The notes under the pieces: model-generated
Told to the model about the DNA's origin: nothing
What the model saw: the letters and a program-made list of their open reading frames with translations, nothing else
Database searches by the model: none
Shown here: positions 52,361 to 62,822 of the stretch, in pieces
Position numbering within the stretch: the stretch's first letter is position 1
How the letters are laid out: each line of letters starts with the position of its first letter
Source of the DNA: Curvularia clavata
Lineage: Eukaryota
DNA: 64,000 nucleotides
Assembly (NCBI GenBank): GCA_023920165.1
Contig: CP089274.1
Span: 930,001-994,000 of the forward strand
Reading direction: 5' to 3'
Made by a program: the position numbers and the translations under genes

Positions 52361-54496
52361 TCAATCACCGTCTCCAATAAATTTAATCACATTCCTCAAT
52401 AAATCCATGCCCGTCTTCTCGCACGCCAAAATCAAACTATCAACACCAGGTATTCGCTCCAAGTCCTCTTGCGTTTGTGGCCGCGCCCGCACAATCAAAT
52501 CTAGCGTGTGGGGTGTTACAATTGGTGGTGCAGTAGGCGGGCGAGGCTCTGGTAATTTGCGTGTAACAAGTTTACTAAAAGCGAGGAGTTTGGATTTTGC
52601 GATGCGGGAGGGAGGGCTGAGTTCACTGGCTGAGTTTGAGGACTGCGCTTGTGGGAGCGGACGAGGAACGGGAGCATGTGGTGGGCCTTTTTGTGGGGTA
52701 GGCACCGATCTTGAGGGTGTTGTTGGAGGTTCCGCCAACGAGAGGGCATGAGAAAGCGATGGCTCGTTGAAGAGATGACCTTTCGATTTTGTACCGGGGG
52801 TGCGTCGGTGGATGAACTCCCGGGCATTTGAGGGTTGATTACGCGGTGGTATCTCGCGGGGTTCACGAGAGTCAGGATCAAAGTGATGTTGCTTTCTTGG
52901 GCTTTCTATTCGCTTGCGCTTCTTGCTTGAACTGAGCCGCTCACTTGGTGGTGTTCCAAAGTCAAGAGATGGAAGAGAGTCGTCGGAGTCGCTTTCTAGC
53001 TTGCCATCTGTGTCCAGCTTGGACTCGGCCAGAGTGAAAGATAGACCGGTATGTAGTTGAGGGGGTTTTGGAACAGGCTCGTCGAAAGCCAGGGATGACA
53101 ATGAGTCCGAGGAATCTTTTCGGTTTGCCCGACGACGTCGAGGAGTTCGAGGAGCCTGTGGTTCCGCTTCCTTTGACGCCGAAGCCTTGTTTGTGCTCAC
53201 TGGCTGTTCAATACCCTTCGCTTTTAGGAACTGTACAATCACTTGCAGCCATTCGTCACCATACCTTTGCTGCTGGACCTTGCCCATTCCTTTGATTCCA
53301 AGAAGGGATGGCGTATCGTGGGGGCATGCACGTGCAATCGCCTGGAGCAAAATGTCACTGATGACACGTGTCGGCGGTATGCTTGCCTTTTCAGCAAGAA
53401 ACGCGCGACGTACGAGCAGCTCATTATGGAGAGCCTGTGAAGTTTCATCAAGGGGATTTGGATTGGTTCCTGAGGCAGCTGCTTTGGCCGTTAGTGTCTT
53501 CCCAGTCTTCTTTGGATAGACGTGGAAAAACTCTGCTGTCGTGATGGTTGTACCATCTCCAACATCTAATATTATAGGATCATCCCTAGATGCTTTGCCG
53601 CTTGGATACTTCTCAGCATATATTGGTGTAGGCGGAGTTGGCGTCATAGCAAGTCTCTTGGCATTCATGCACTTGTAAAGCATGAATCCGGCGTAGGCGT
53701 CTCCAGCGGCATAGTCGATTTGCGCTTTTGACAACGGCTTACTCCAATTACTCGTCCTCACATCACCTTTGTAAAGTGGCAAACCAAGCTGCTCTTCCAC
53801 TTGTTGTGCCAAACTGACCAGTTTGACAGATACATATTCCGGTGCGCGTGATCCGAATTTTACCAACCTGTACAGATTACTCAATTCGACAGCACCTCTC
53901 GGCTGGAGTCCAAAGAACCGGCTTAACCTTGAGAAGTCCGCTCTTAATATGTTGACCCCGGCCTTCCCGATATTTGGATCTTCAATAATCTTTTTCAAAG
54001 TCGGAGCAATGATATCAGCAGTTGTCTTTCCCGAATGCAAGCCGATGTGGAACAGCCCAATCTTGTCTTCAGAAGCAATTTGAATTAAGCCAATTTTGTT
54101 TTGCAGGGTGTCTTTCATCCGAAAGCCCCAAGGCCACTCCATGTCGAATCCAATAATAGGCTCATCAAGGAATCGCTGAGCGATGACTTCCGAGTCTGCC
54201 TTTGTCTTGCTATACATAATCTCGATTTCTTTGCCTTCTGGCCCATGGTACAAGCGGTGGCTCCACCACCTTGGCAGCAGAGCTTGATTGGAAGAGAAGC
54301 CATGGGATTCAAGACTATCAGGCTGAGGTTTCGGCAGTTGTAATGTAAAGGAAAGTGGCCAATGCGGAGTCAATCCCTTGGTATTGGAAGCGGTAGCAGT
54401 TTTTGTGGAAGCGGGAGCAGCCATGGAACGCAGTTGATGACGTGAGAGCAGGATTGATGTGTTCAGCCTGCTGCGCTTGATCGCCGTGGAGAGCAT
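52361..54496 (-). CDS. DEDDy 3'-5' exonuclease (WRN-exo/EXD2-like) with HRDC domain(s)
   Basis: ExoI GFDMEW, LIQIAS, ExoII RADFSRL, SNWSKPLS and ExoIII YAAGDA; HRDC-like region ending GIKGMGKVQQQRYGDEWL; second HRDC-like C-terminus RARPQTQEDLERIPGV. The start could be 54559, 54496 or 54424. Confidence 0.85.
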   Translation of the reverse strand: MLSTAIKRSRLNTSILLSRHQLRSMAAPASTKTATASNTKGLTPHWPLSFTLQLPKPQPDSLESHGFSSNQALLPRWWSHRLYHGPEGKEIEIMYSKTKADSEVIAQRFLDEPIIGFDMEWPWGFRMKDTLQNKIGLIQIASEDKIGLFHIGLHSGKTTADIIAPTLKKIIEDPNIGKAGVNILRADFSRLSRFFGLQPRGAVELSNLYRLVKFGSRAPEYVSVKLVSLAQQVEEQLGLPLYKGDVRTSNWSKPLSKAQIDYAAGDAYAGFMLYKCMNAKRLAMTPTPPTPIYAEKYPSGKASRDDPIILDVGDGTTITTAEFFHVYPKKTGKTLTAKAAASGTNPNPLDETSQALHNELLVRRAFLAEKASIPPTRVISDILLQAIARACPHDTPSLLGIKGMGKVQQQRYGDEWLQVIVQFLKAKGIEQPVSTNKASASKEAEPQAPRTPRRRRANRKDSSDSLSSLAFDEPVPKPPQLHTGLSFTLAESKLDTDGKLESDSDDSLPSLDFGTPPSERLSSSKKRKRIESPRKQHHFDPDSREPREIPPRNQPSNAREFIHRRTPGTKSKGHLFNEPSLSHALSLAEPPTTPSRSVPTPQKGPPHAPVPRPLPQAQSSNSASELSPPSRIAKSKLLAFSKLVTRKLPEPRPPTAPPIVTPHTLDLIVRARPQTQEDLERIPGVDSLILACEKTGMDLLRNVIKFIGDGD

Positions 54497-54861
54497 GGGG
54501 AGGCTGCACGGATTAGGGCTACAGTGTGGCCATTGGCGCTGAGACGCACAGACAGTCATGCACGCGCTATCACGTGGATTCTTGCTAGCGTGTCTATTCC
54601 TCCACTGTTTTACTCTTACAAGACTCGTCTGAGGTATATATAGGGTTTCAAAGTATGAGGAGCTGCATCTATTGGCTGCATTGCCGAGGCACTCATCGCG
54701 GCTTGATACGTTTTCTCGTCTGGTTCCTGGATGTCTACAACTTGACGGAATACCGACGCCTCAAAAAAGAAGCGCACAGCATCACTGTCCTGATTTCATA
54801 TCTTTAGACACAATGCCGGGTCGCACATTCCAAACCCTGAAATTGTTTATTAGTCCCGGTA

Positions 54862-56391
54862 CGGAGGTGCCCGTCAAAAGTCTTTGCCCACCTGGGCAGG
54901 CAGGGGTTTCTAGGCTATTCCCAATATAGACTATCCTCCGAAAGCTCTGGCTCTGGCTTCCTAAGCCGCCTACCCTCCTTATACTCGTTACCACCTTCGA
55001 GTCTAATAATCTGTTGTATGTGAAATGAAATTCGCTCAATCCAAGCCTGTATTTTCTCCTGAGGTAGGTCTCTCCAGCACCGCTCCCATACCCGTATTCC
55101 CTCTGCTCTGTTCTTAGGCGCCCCCTTCTTAGTAGTAGCTCTTTTCATCCATGGCCAGCAAGGCTCAATCGCATTTAAGTCAGGCGAGTTCCCACACCAA
55201 AGAATCTTCTCAATATCATGAAGACTATAAATATAGCTTTGAACATAGTGGTCGTGAGAAGGCGCCTTATCTTCCTGTACGACTGTTCTAGGTCGATTAG
55301 CCTTACATTCCTTTGCAAAAGGAATTAGTTTTGGTAGAAGAATAACTGTCTGATATCGATACCAGTCGATTCCTGAGCCATCACGTCGGCTAAGCTTTCC
55401 TGTCCTCTTATTCCACCTCCACTGAGGCTGTCGGCCAGGCTTGTTCCGGAGGTCAAGACGACGTATACCATTTTCAAGCTCCCACTCAGCCTTCTTGATA
55501 GGCTCAAGCTTCTCATTTAGTTCATCAATCCAAGTAGTAGCAGCCTCCTTCTCTTTATTTGTTTCTGGTGTCCAGCAGTGGCAGGGCCCTTTCTTATCGT
55601 ACGAGAAACAGCCCCAAAACATAAACTCAGAATAGCCTTTCCATCTCTCGCGAATGCAGCTCCGTACGAAGGCCTCATCTGCTTTTCTCCATATCCTATA
55701 TCCACCACGTCTATGGTTAAGAACAACAGAGGTTTCGTCTGACCAGATGACGTTCTTCCAGTCCTTAAGCGTCCAGTCTGCGTGCTCTAGGCACCACCTA
55801 TATCGTTCCTCCCTCATCTGCTTCGTCAACCCAGGCTTCCTCGTCGGCTTGGTCTTCCTGAAGCCTTCCTCTCTTAAGACTCGCCTGACTGTAGATGCTG
55901 AGACATTGAATCCTTGTTGGCTTAGCAAGCCAGCAATGTCAGCACAAGACTTTTCTCGCCCATATCGATCGGTGCGTACGGTGTCTACTACTTGCTGAGA
56001 GACTGTAGACCGCTTAGATGGCCGCCCAGATCGATGGGCATCTTCAAGGTGCTTGTCTTTAAGCTGTAGTGGCCGGAGGCCTGGATCAAAGCCTCGCTCA
56101 ATTGCTCGCGCATAGATAGAGTTAATCGTACGCTTCTCAACTCCAGTAAGTCCAGTAATCTCATGATTTGGCTTGCCTATAGCCTTAAGAACTACAACTG
56201 CAGCACGAGTAGAATTATCGTGATAAACCATAGCGATAGTACTAAGACTAATAGATAGAATACAAAGTATAGAGTGTAAACTTGAGGTTGAGAAGGATAA
56301 GCCACGTAAGCTCGGAGATGATTCCCAATTAAGAATAGTGCATATACCCCTGCTCGCCCAGGTGGGCAAAGACTTTTGACGGGCACCTCCG
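54862..56391 (-). mobile_element. Complete Tc1/mariner-superfamily DNA transposon (1530 bp)
   Basis: Perfect 36-bp TIRs CGGAGGTGCCCGTCAAAAGTCTTTGCCCACCTGGGC (54862-54897 and 56356-56391), flanked by TA on both sides (54860-61, 56392-93), with an internal transposase. Confidence 0.96.
54915..56231 (-). CDS. Tc1-type DD34E transposase (438 aa)
   Basis: HTH region with RSGRP; VIWSDE, MFWGCF, QEDKAPSH and NSPDLNAIE (34 residues between the second D and E); uninterrupted frame. Confidence 0.95.
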   Translation of the reverse strand: MVYHDNSTRAAVVVLKAIGKPNHEITGLTGVEKRTINSIYARAIERGFDPGLRPLQLKDKHLEDAHRSGRPSKRSTVSQQVVDTVRTDRYGREKSCADIAGLLSQQGFNVSASTVRRVLREEGFRKTKPTRKPGLTKQMREERYRWCLEHADWTLKDWKNVIWSDETSVVLNHRRGGYRIWRKADEAFVRSCIRERWKGYSEFMFWGCFSYDKKGPCHCWTPETNKEKEAATTWIDELNEKLEPIKKAEWELENGIRRLDLRNKPGRQPQWRWNKRTGKLSRRDGSGIDWYRYQTVILLPKLIPFAKECKANRPRTVVQEDKAPSHDHYVQSYIYSLHDIEKILWCGNSPDLNAIEPCWPWMKRATTKKGAPKNRAEGIRVWERCWRDLPQEKIQAWIERISFHIQQIIRLEGGNEYKEGRRLRKPEPELSEDSLYWE

Positions 56392-57033
56392 TAATGTGCA
56401 AACTATTGCAGCTGAATCTTGCCGATCAATGTACGGAAGAGCTGAACTTGTCCGGGGAAGTGTTTTGGAGACCCGAACGGACCAGGGAACTATGGACCAA
56501 CAAGCGATGCCGAGACATGTATCTTACTCAGAAACTAATTCAGCCTCCCACACGATAGTTTTCGAGAAGGCTGTGTCCTAGTCCTTTCTGAGCGGAATAC
56601 TTAATGTTGGGACGTAAATATTGCCGGATTGTCAACAACAGGATTCTATGACTAAGCTGACCTCCACCGCTTTCAATGAACGCCTTGTCAACAGAAGCAA
56701 TGAGACGTTCAACAGTGGATCGTATCTTGCTTCTTTGATGCACTCCGCCCGCGTATATAGTATAGTCTTGCCAAGATGAAACACACGGACTCTCGCGCAG
56801 TACCGGTTTCAGAGACCCGCGAACCATCCTACGTAAGCATGATATCTGCCTTGCATTGATCACAGTGTGACATGATGTGGCACAGCTCTTGCACACGTAC
56901 CTTGGGGCCGCGTGGGCTTATTTTTGTGCACTGAGGCTGGCATTTCCTTAATAAACTGATCGAGCCTCGCTCAGAGCAGTCCTTTATACCCACTTCAACC
57001 CGCACACACCAGTCCCGCATCTATACGAACATC

Positions 57034-57823
57034 ATGCTTCTCTCCGCTTCCACTGTTGCAATCACCTTTGCCAGCCTTGTGCTGGCACAAGCGCCACCGG
57101 GTTTCCAGCCTGCAGTGAACAACAAACTCGAAGTCATTTTCAGGTCAACGATGGTCAATCAGGCGGGACAACAAATAGCCAAAGACGGTGAGTAAGCGCA
57201 GAAGAATTGCCAATGAACATACCTAACTTGTTCCAGCTGCGTCAGCCCAGCCCCAGCTCGCGCTTTCCAGCGCCATGATGAGCAAGACGGACACGTACAT
57301 GTTCGTCATGTTGGATCTAGATGTGCCACCTGCCGCAAATAGTAACCAACGCCGCGTTCTTTTGCACTGCATGAACACCGGTTTCAAGGCTAGCAATCAA
57401 GAAATCGGCGGAGCGGCGACACTTCTTTCGTCCTCCGACACAGGTCCAGCGGCATACATTCCTCCCAATCCACCAGCAGTAGACACTATTGCGCATCGTT
57501 ACGTCGAGTTACTATTCCAGCAACCCGCCAATTTCAGTATTGCGCAATCAACTTTTGCTGAGATGTCAGCTCGTATCAATTTTGATACCCAGGCCTTCAT
57601 GACCCAGCACGGTCTCAAAGCCCCTGTTGCAGCAAACTTTTTCCTGGTGGATGGAAGAACCAATTCGACAGCGGCTGCAAACCCTACCGGCACTGGTTCA
57701 GGAGGAAGCAGGCCTACAAGTTCGCTAGAGCCATTTAGCGGCGCAGCCGATAGACCAAGTGTGTCCTTCGGTACAGCAGGGCAGCTTGTATGGCTGACCC
57801 TCTTTGCCCTGTTTGCATTGTAG
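57034..57823 (+). CDS. Secreted, probably GPI-anchored PEBP-family (phosphatidylethanolamine-binding) protein
   Basis: Signal peptide MLLSASTVAITFASLVLA; YMFVMLDLDVP, YIPPNPP, AHRYVELLFQQP and PVAANFF; S/T/G-rich stalk and hydrophobic C-terminus; intron 57188-57236. Confidence 0.82.
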
Positions 57824-58197
57824 ATGGGCCAAGAGGACTGATACTTGCGGATTTATGCTCTTTATCAGGAACTAGGAGTTTTCAATGGGGAATTGGAAAT
57901 TAAGTGTGTTCTGGTCTGAAGATGTTGTCAATATATGGGATTCAATGACTACCATTATACGCTTAGCTGTACACTCTTATGCAACTAGATACAGTTGCAC
58001 ACCCAGTAAATAGTAAATGTATGATCTTTCTCACGGATTCGCCTGACCTGAAGAACTTGTTTGTAGATGTGGTGGAATTATTAAATCTCTAGTTCTCTAA
58101 GTCTGGGCTGTACCCAATATTTTTGATCATTTGCACGTGGCCATCTACCAATAGTCTTATGTTGACAAATGAGATAAAAAGCTGGTTGAACAATACC

Positions 58198-59962
58198 TCA
58201 GAACGTGGCCTTTTCAGTATTGACGATGCTGTAGTATTTACTGCTGCTTCTGATACGCATGCCCTTGCCATATTTTATCATTATCAGAAAAGCAGCAGAT
58301 GCTGCCATCCCGACAAAAGCTGCAGAGATAAAACAGTTCTGGTATCCGAGATTTTTCAGCCATGGAGTGATACTATTGCGTATTAGAGTCCATATTATAC
58401 AGCTTTGGTTGGAAGCTTACCCATAACTGATAGCAAAAGACATGGTATTCCGGATTAGAATAACCGTGACTATTGCATCGCCACTAATGTCGTGATAGCT
58501 GTCAATCATGTAGTTTACGCTGAGAGTAACGCCAACAGATGAAGTAAAAGCTAAGCATCCCATAGCGAAGACGAGCCCGAACCAGTGGACACCATGTGCC
58601 GCACCAACGCCCCACAGGATGAGGAAAGCAGGTACCATAATTAGGCAGGCTGTGAAAGGCCAGAGGCGGTGCTCAGCTTCCATGACACCGTTGTTACGAC
58701 GCGCAAGTTTAATCGTCAGCCAGTCGCTGAAACGGCCTGAAAACAGCGCGCCAGCAACTACGCCGATGCAACAGGACACGTAGCTAAGACCTACCATAGA
58801 GGGCTTGAAGTTGTAGCCAGGACCGCCAAGGATGATAGATGTAGTGGCGTTCAAGACGTTGAACCAGATGAGATACGAACCGTAGCTGAAACCGGAATAG
58901 AAGATGACTGGCCAACTGAGATAAATCAAACTACGCTTCGCGCGCTCGAATACGTTCGAACCGGGAGTTGGCTGCCATATGGAGAGCTTCTGAACGAATG
59001 TCTTTGTTGGTATTCTCATTTCATCGCTTGTAGCTGTCTGCGTAGTCGCCGCTTCAGCTTTTTCTTCGTCCGTGATACCGACCTGGCTTTGTCCTGAATT
59101 ATCGGTTCTTGCGGGTACTCCGTCGATCTTGCGTACGTAATTCGTTTCTTCCATGAAGAGGAACAAGAATACAAGGGTGCAGGCGAGAAAGATGGCAGGC
59201 CAGTAGAAGACCCATTTCCAACCCTGTCCCTCTGAGATGAAGCCACTAATTATCGGGGCGAAGTAATTACTTCCAGCTAACGAAAAGGCATAGAAACCCA
59301 TGTACAATCCGCGCTCATGAGTAAAATATACGTCAGTCACTGAGATCTCGGGAAGGGCCTCGACCGGAGCGACGAAGAAGCCCGTGACGATACATCGGGC
59401 TATCCACTCGCCATCGCTCTTGACATGTGCACTGAATTAGTTAGCAGCTTCATCCAAGCATCTATGAATCCTTTTCTTTTCTCACCTCCAGATACTAGTA
59501 CCGATAGCACCCACAACAGATATCAAGAACGTTAATCTCTTTCCGTATCGCAAGGCGAAAGGCTGCCAGAAGAGTAATCCCCATCCAAGAAACAAGAACA
59601 TGAATCCAGTTCCTTCGTTCAATGTCGCAACAGAGACGCCAGAAGCCTCGGAAAGCGGCACCAACACTGAATACACGGTTGAGACTGCGATCCCTACTAT
59701 CCATGTGTATCTGGGCAGATGATGTCAGTATCTAATTATCGAAGTCGAATACACGCGCGACCCACAGGTTGACAGATATGGTTGACATGAGTTTCCTGTG
59801 TGGAGACCAATTGAGCGGGTCATCTGGATCGCTCGAAGGAGCTGGGTTCAAAATGATATCACCATCTTCTGCATGTCGTGCTTGCAAGCTGTGGTCCAAA
59901 TCTACCAGATGAACTGTGCCTGGAATGGGTGCCGTTTCAACAGTGTTCGGTTGTTCTGTCAT
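58198..59962 (-). CDS. MFS transporter (HOL1-like)
   Basis: [47 protein letters not shown] and [17 protein letters not shown]; introns 59711-59765, 59432-59485 and 58373-58420. Confidence 0.9.
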
Positions 59963-60655
59963 GCTTGGAAGCTTCAATGTTGCTCAATTGATCGGGAAGC
60001 ATTCGGGGCCTGGGGAGTACGGTAACTATTATGCATATAAATCTCGGGACGCTTGAGCGGGGTTTATCAATATGCTGGTTACGCGGGGTGAGACAAGTTC
60101 GCTACCTGCGCTAACTGGCTTCCTTACGCAGCATATCATAGGATCGGCAAAGGGCATTTGTGTTTATCTCCAACTGCTATCTACAATTTACGGTTCAAGG
60201 CATACGTGACGGCAAGGTATCAAGAAATGGAGTTGGTAGGGGTGCGGTTGAGTGGCTGCCATACTGGTCGGGATCTTGCTCGGAAATAGTAGGTCCATCC
60301 GAGAATGATAAAGCTGAAGACAGTCAGTGGCTCCGTATAGGACGCTACCACAAACATGAGTCGGAGTGGGGTGAAGTGGGGCTGTGTAATCCCGTGGTCC
60401 ACCTAAGTAGCTGACTCGGGACCTTTCCGCCCCCGCCTCCAACTCCATTATCACTCTATCATGTTGGCAATTGGAGAAGCAGACCGGAAATCTGCCGACA
60501 CTGCTCCCGCTGGGTTTACGATGGACAAGGTCACCTGCTTCCGCGTAACCCCGGAAATGTCCAAGGAGGGGTACATAAAGCGCTACGGAATCCTCCCTCG
60601 CGTGTGAGACACAACACGAGTCTCCAGTATCACTTCCCGCTACTCGGACCCCGAT

Positions 60656-62338
60656 ATGTCTAGTTACCCTTCGAGTCTCAAGGTCCTTGAACCAAAACCC
60701 TTTCCAAAAGGTACACCTAGCTTCGAAAAGAAACGTGCCGCCCTTCTCGAAACTTTGGCAGAAAAGGTACCAGCCGAACTGCGACTGTCACCAGAATTCT
60801 TCTCAAGTCCTCCAAAAGATGTATCCAAAGTACCAGTTACATGTGGAATATTAAGCCCTGTCGAGATCGACATCACAGAGAAGTATGATGCGGTAGGACT
60901 TGCGGAAGCCATCGCCGCCCGTAAATTCACGGCGGTCGAAGTAGCTACGGCCTTTTCCAAACGCGCCATCATCGCACACCAGCTGACATGCTGCCTGACC
61001 CAATGGTTCATGGATGAAGCAATCAAAAGGGCTCAGGAGCTTGACGACTATCTGGAGAAGACTGGAACAACTGTTGGTCCATTCCACGGAGTGCCAGTTA
61101 GCATTAAGGAACACTTGACTATAGCTGGAACTTACGCCTCGTATGGATCTCTAGCTAGCACGCTGTTCAGCGAGAATGATTGTCACATGGTTTCGTTGTT
61201 GAGAAGCATGGGTGCAGTATTTTACTGCAAGACAAATCAACCTCAGATGATTATGCATTTAGAGAGCACATCCCACCACGGCCGCACGCTGAATCCTTTC
61301 AACACTGACCTGAGTGCCGGCGGCTCATCGGGTGGCGAAGCAGCTTTGGTTGCTATGAAAGGATCGGTTCTGGGTGTAGGTACGGACATAGGAGGTAGCA
61401 TCAGAGGACCTGCGGCATTCTGCGGCGTTTATGGATACAAAACCACATCATACGTGCTTCCAACGAAGGATTTTGTTGCTAGTGCCTTCCCTGCCGAACT
61501 CAACGTTGTTTCCAGTACAGGCCCATTTAGTCGGAGCCTGCGAGATCTGGACTTTTTCATGAGTAACATCATCGACCGGAAGCCGTGGTTGGTAGACCAA
61601 AGGGTTGTCCCGTTACCCTGGACAGGCTTGCAAACCTCGGCCAGGAAGCCATTGCGAATAGGAATCATCGAGAATGATGGTTTTGTTGAGCCTCAGCCAC
61701 CAGTGAAACGAGCTATATCATGGGCCCGCACGCGCCTCTCCGATCCGAAGAACTCATCTCTTTTCGAAGTCAAAGACTTCAAGCCCTACAACGCAGCACA
61801 AGCATGGAAGAAGATACGGCGCATGTACTGGCCCGGAGCCGGGAAGGCTGCTAAAGAATTCGTCATGTCGACAGGCGAGCCAATTCTTGAGCTGACCGAA
61901 TGGGGATGGAAAGACGCCCAGTCGGATGGCATCTTAGATGCTGACCAAGTCAATGAGCTACGCGCTGAGCGCGACAAGTTCCGTTACGAGTTCGTCGACA
62001 GCTGGAACAAACAGGAAGTTGACATTGTTATTGGACCCGCATTCGTCGGCCCAGCTTCTGCACACGACACGGCATTCTACTGGACCTACACTAGTCTCTG
62101 GAATCTTGTTGACTATCCAGGTGTCGTTGTACCAACACCGATTAGGGTGGAAGGAAAGGAAGAATATGCACCGGATTACAAACCGCTGAGTGACGAGTGC
62201 AAACATGTCAAAGAACTTTGGGAGAAGTCGAGTTTCGAGGGTGCACCCATTACACTCCAGATTAACGCGAGGAGGTACCATGACAGCGATCTGTTTGGTG
62301 CGCTGGCCATGTTGAAGGATGTACTCGAGTTACCATAG
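60656..62338 (+). CDS. Amidase-signature family amidase (acetamidase/general amidase-like)
   Basis: GPFHGVPVSIKE (Lys), GGSSGGEAAL and GTDIGGSIRGPA give an intact Ser-cisSer-Lys triad; 560 aa, intronless. Confidence 0.95.
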   Translation: MSSYPSSLKVLEPKPFPKGTPSFEKKRAALLETLAEKVPAELRLSPEFFSSPPKDVSKVPVTCGILSPVEIDITEKYDAVGLAEAIAARKFTAVEVATAFSKRAIIAHQLTCCLTQWFMDEAIKRAQELDDYLEKTGTTVGPFHGVPVSIKEHLTIAGTYASYGSLASTLFSENDCHMVSLLRSMGAVFYCKTNQPQMIMHLESTSHHGRTLNPFNTDLSAGGSSGGEAALVAMKGSVLGVGTDIGGSIRGPAAFCGVYGYKTTSYVLPTKDFVASAFPAELNVVSSTGPFSRSLRDLDFFMSNIIDRKPWLVDQRVVPLPWTGLQTSARKPLRIGIIENDGFVEPQPPVKRAISWARTRLSDPKNSSLFEVKDFKPYNAAQAWKKIRRMYWPGAGKAAKEFVMSTGEPILELTEWGWKDAQSDGILDADQVNELRAERDKFRYEFVDSWNKQEVDIVIGPAFVGPASAHDTAFYWTYTSLWNLVDYPGVVVPTPIRVEGKEEYAPDYKPLSDECKHVKELWEKSSFEGAPITLQINARRYHDSDLFGALAMLKDVLELP

Positions 62339-62822
62339 TCTGTTGCGTAGGTAGTCATTGCCGAATGCTTGAGCCTACAAAGTGCCCAAGGCGAAAATTC
62401 TATGAGTTCTAACCTTTCCTTTATGGGTCAACACTGATTGGATGACATACAGCTTCCAGTTCAATTGGTTGCTTCTGCTATGGGTACCACTATTGACACA
62501 ACGTTGAATTCTGATAAAGTAACTAGCAACTCTCTCTGTTACAACCAAGAGGCAGTCCCAGCTTTAGCAATGTAACCATTATCTCGTGTGCTGGACGGAT
62601 GTTGACGAGTGTAGACAAAGCCGAGGCGGTGGCCGAAAGCGGACAGTGCAGGGATGTGGTCGCGTCGGAACTATGCGCCGGAAGGAGCGACAGGTTGCTC
62701 AAACGTCAGTCCACCAACAACAAGATCAGACGCATGGTTTGTTCTTTGGTCTGGTCGCTATACCCGCGCCTCTGCAACGTGATGTCGCGTTCAAACCAAT
62801 AACCCGCGATTCTCACCCCGCC

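Noticed and set aside
56232..56369. 46-aa N-terminal extension of the transposase in the ORF track
   Set aside because: It starts at a non-ATG codon inside the TIR; the ATG at 56231 is the plausible start.
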